From Gammaproteobacteria bacterium (GTDB taxonomy: Bacteria; Pseudomonadota; Gammaproteobacteria; Eutrophobiales; Eutrophobiaceae), in the NCBI GenBank assembly GCA_965215365.1, contig CBDCDS010000003.1:2112001-2176000 (forward strand): a stretch of DNA of 64,000 bases. Reading direction: 5' to 3'. Numbering within the stretch: position 1 is the first letter of the stretch; each line of letters opens with the position of its first letter. Positions 61,829 through 64,000 of this stretch are shown in pieces. The notes under the pieces were generated by a model that was given only the letters and a program-made list of their open reading frames with translations, made no database searches and was not told the origin of the DNA. A program made the translations under genes and the position numbers.

Positions 61829-64000
61829 CTATATTTCAGCCTTGAACATCAGTTCACGAAAAACTGTCTCAATCGTGCTGGCGCTCCAGCTTTCGTTGGC
61901 TTGTTTCAGGGCGTTAAGGGTGTGATCGCCATTGACGTAAATGACATCGAAGGGGGCGAAGCGTTGGCGCTGGTGGGTAAACCAGGCATCCAGATTGGCG
62001 TTGTCCATTGCTTCCTGATTGCGCCACAGGATTAAGCATCTGCGGCCTTGCGGGTCGGCGCCGGTAATGGTGAGCACATCTTCGATGGTTTGTCTGGTTG
62101 CGACGCGCAGGCCGACAAGAAAGTTGAACGTTTCAGGCAGGTCAACCGGCGCTTCGCCTCTGGCGCCATCGCGTACCACTGACAGGGTATAGGCGAACGG
62201 GTTTATGAAACTTTTCCCGGCCAGGGAGGCGCTGCCGGTTGTTTCTTCACCGAGTGCGTAGCGTAGCTGGTAGTCTTCACGCAGAGCCGGATTTTGGGTC
62301 AGCAGATCCTGTTGCGGGGAAGACGGCGGGGTCAGTTCCAGGCTGTCCAGCGTGTCTTCATAAGATTCCAGCCGCAGGTACTTGAAGAATTGGCCGGAAC
62401 CATTGCGGGAAACCGGCTTGCCGTCTTTCCAGTCCGGTGAATAGATCACTTTTTTGAGGCGCGGCAGCAGCACGGTGTCGAAATGATCGCCGACTTCCAC
62501 CAGTATGTACTTGCGTTGGCCTGCATCTTCGCGGTTGAGGTTGATGACCGCATGGCCGGTGGTGCCGGAGCCGGCGAAGTAGTCAAGAATAACACCTGTG
62601 GCACCGTCAACAGCAGCCGCAACCAATTCCTCATAAAGGACAACCGAATGACAATACGGAAAATCAAGACCTAATCTACCAAGCTCCTGTTTTCCTGTAC
62701 GGGATTCCTGTATTACTGATGATGCTTGTTTTCTCGTTTGATTCGTAAGAACGACCTTTTGACGAGGCTGCGTGCTCTCGTCTGCACCGAAGATAATCTC
62801 ACCTCTTTCCATCATGGCTTGCAGCGTTTCGGGCGTGCGAGAAAAACCATTTGGTGGAACGGGGCAAGGTTTCCCGGTAGCAGGGTGCATGAGCGGAATG
62901 TGAAACTTGGGATCTATTCGTGGCTCTGGCGCTCTCAGGCTGACACTTTGACAAATTTTCCCATTGTCATCTAAATACCTGTATGCCTTCTCGCCTCCGG
63001 TTAATTGTTTATTTTTTGCTACATATTGAGCATATTCTTTTCTGGCATCTTCGGACACACCGCCACACTTCTTGATTATTCTTTCGGCAGCCTTCAGCAG
63101 TAAAGATACACCGCCATTTTTGCCATTTCTCAAGTATATTGGCGCGTCTTTATTTGACTTCCAGATGACGTACTCATGTTGCAGAGCCAAACCACGGCCT
63201 GCGTTCATCGGATTCATCTTGTCCCATACTGCTGTCCCGGCAGTTCGGATGGGGAGCCGGTCAAAAAGAAGATGCAACAGCTCGTATTCATTTTCGTCAA
63301 TGTGACAGAGATACGAGGCGTCGGCGTCTAAAATATTCATGGAAACCAGCATCCTGCTTTCCATGAATGCCATCCAGCTTGAATGACGATAACCGTTCTT
63401 ATAAAGGAACCCACTCGTATCAGTGTTGTATGGTGGGTCTATGTGAACACACTTTACCTGTTTTTCGTACTGTTTCTGCAAAAAATTCAACGCCTGAAAA
63501 TTCTCCCCATGCACCAGCAGACCATCCAACTGTTCCTCCAGTGACCCCTCAGCAGACAAGGCCGCTAATAACCGGTCAGTAAACCCGCTGTCGAAATGAC
63601 GCGTGTCAAGCGCCAGATACGGATTGTGCTTGAGAAAATCAATGGTCAGGGGATTGGTATAGCCGGCGTTGCCATTGCCGAGGTTGCTCTCAATCTCATC
63701 AATGGCAAACAGCTCCACCCATTCATCATGTTGCGCGGTATTTTGGGCAATCTCCGGGTAGAGCGTTTGCGGCACTTTGTCCAGGGTGACGCAGTACTGC
63801 GTGTCCAGTACAAACTTCTTCTTCAGCCACAGCTGTTTCTGAAAATCTTCCAGTTGCGCCAGGAAGGCGATGATCTTGTGCGCCACCTGTCGCACCGCCC
63901 GGGTGCGCGCCAGGGCGCGTTGCAGGCGCAAGGTGTCGCCGGCCTCCAGGTCGTCCAGGTTCAGCACATCGGTCTTTAAGTATAAATCGAGTTCCCGCCG
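61829..64000 (-). CDS. mod: Type III R-M Mod subunit, DNA methyltransferase (5' end outside the window)
   Basis: IDPPYNT (motif IV) precedes LDYFAGSGTTGHA (motif I), beta-class order; the frame stays open to the window edge. Confidence 0.9.
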   Translation of the reverse strand, partial: RRELDLYLKTDVLNLDDLEAGDTLRLQRALARTRAVRQVAHKIIAFLAQLEDFQKQLWLKKKFVLDTQYCVTLDKVPQTLYPEIAQNTAQHDEWVELFAIDEIESNLGNGNAGYTNPLTIDFLKHNPYLALDTRHFDSGFTDRLLAALSAEGSLEEQLDGLLVHGENFQALNFLQKQYEKQVKCVHIDPPYNTDTSGFLYKNGYRHSSWMAFMESRMLVSMNILDADASYLCHIDENEYELLHLLFDRLPIRTAGTAVWDKMNPMNAGRGLALQHEYVIWKSNKDAPIYLRNGKNGGVSLLLKAAERIIKKCGGVSEDARKEYAQYVAKNKQLTGGEKAYRYLDDNGKICQSVSLRAPEPRIDPKFHIPLMHPATGKPCPVPPNGFSRTPETLQAMMERGEIIFGADESTQPRQKVVLTNQTRKQASSVIQESRTGKQELGRLGLDFPYCHSVVLYEELVAAAVDGATGVILDYFAGSGTTGHAVINLNREDAGQRKYILVEVGDHFDTVLLPRLKKVIYSPDWKDGKPVSRNGSGQFFKYLRLESYEDTLDSLELTPPSSPQQDLLTQNPALREDYQLRYALGEETTGSASLAGKSFINPFAYTLSVVRDGARGEAPVDLPETFNFLVGLRVATRQTIEDVLTITGADPQGRRCLILWRNQEAMDNANLDAWFTHQRQRFAPFDVIYVNGDHTLNALKQANESWSASTIETVFRELMFKAEI

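Overview
Chromosomal segment of a high-GC gammaproteobacterium (inferred from gene content and order). Core genes: divergent rpoE/nadB, smc-ligA, dksA, tlpA-hemJ-thiD-thiE-hemL, ubiX, nhaD-sco-psd, a complete nuoA-N operon, purine catabolism (uraH-xdhABC-puuD) and an sdhCDAB-sdhE-ygfZ locus with SDHAF4/DUF1674 and ygfX nearby. The window ends in a type III-like restriction-modification operon (mod-antitoxin-PIN toxin-res-higA). Intergenic DNA holds two 1132-bp IS481-family copies and two families of non-autonomous inverted-repeat elements (here called MITE-A and MITE-B). Upstream of smc, a 730-bp MITE-B carrying six identical 72-bp hairpin units is nested inside a MITE-A. Other signals: a 19-bp hairpin over the sdhE start codon, five genes with a -10 box 6-8 nt before the start codon, and a probable deletion scar joining a riboflavin-kinase-like remnant to 30 nt of the IS481 transposase gene. 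No CRISPR array, tRNA or rRNA was recognised. All family calls come from motif recognition; no database searches were run.
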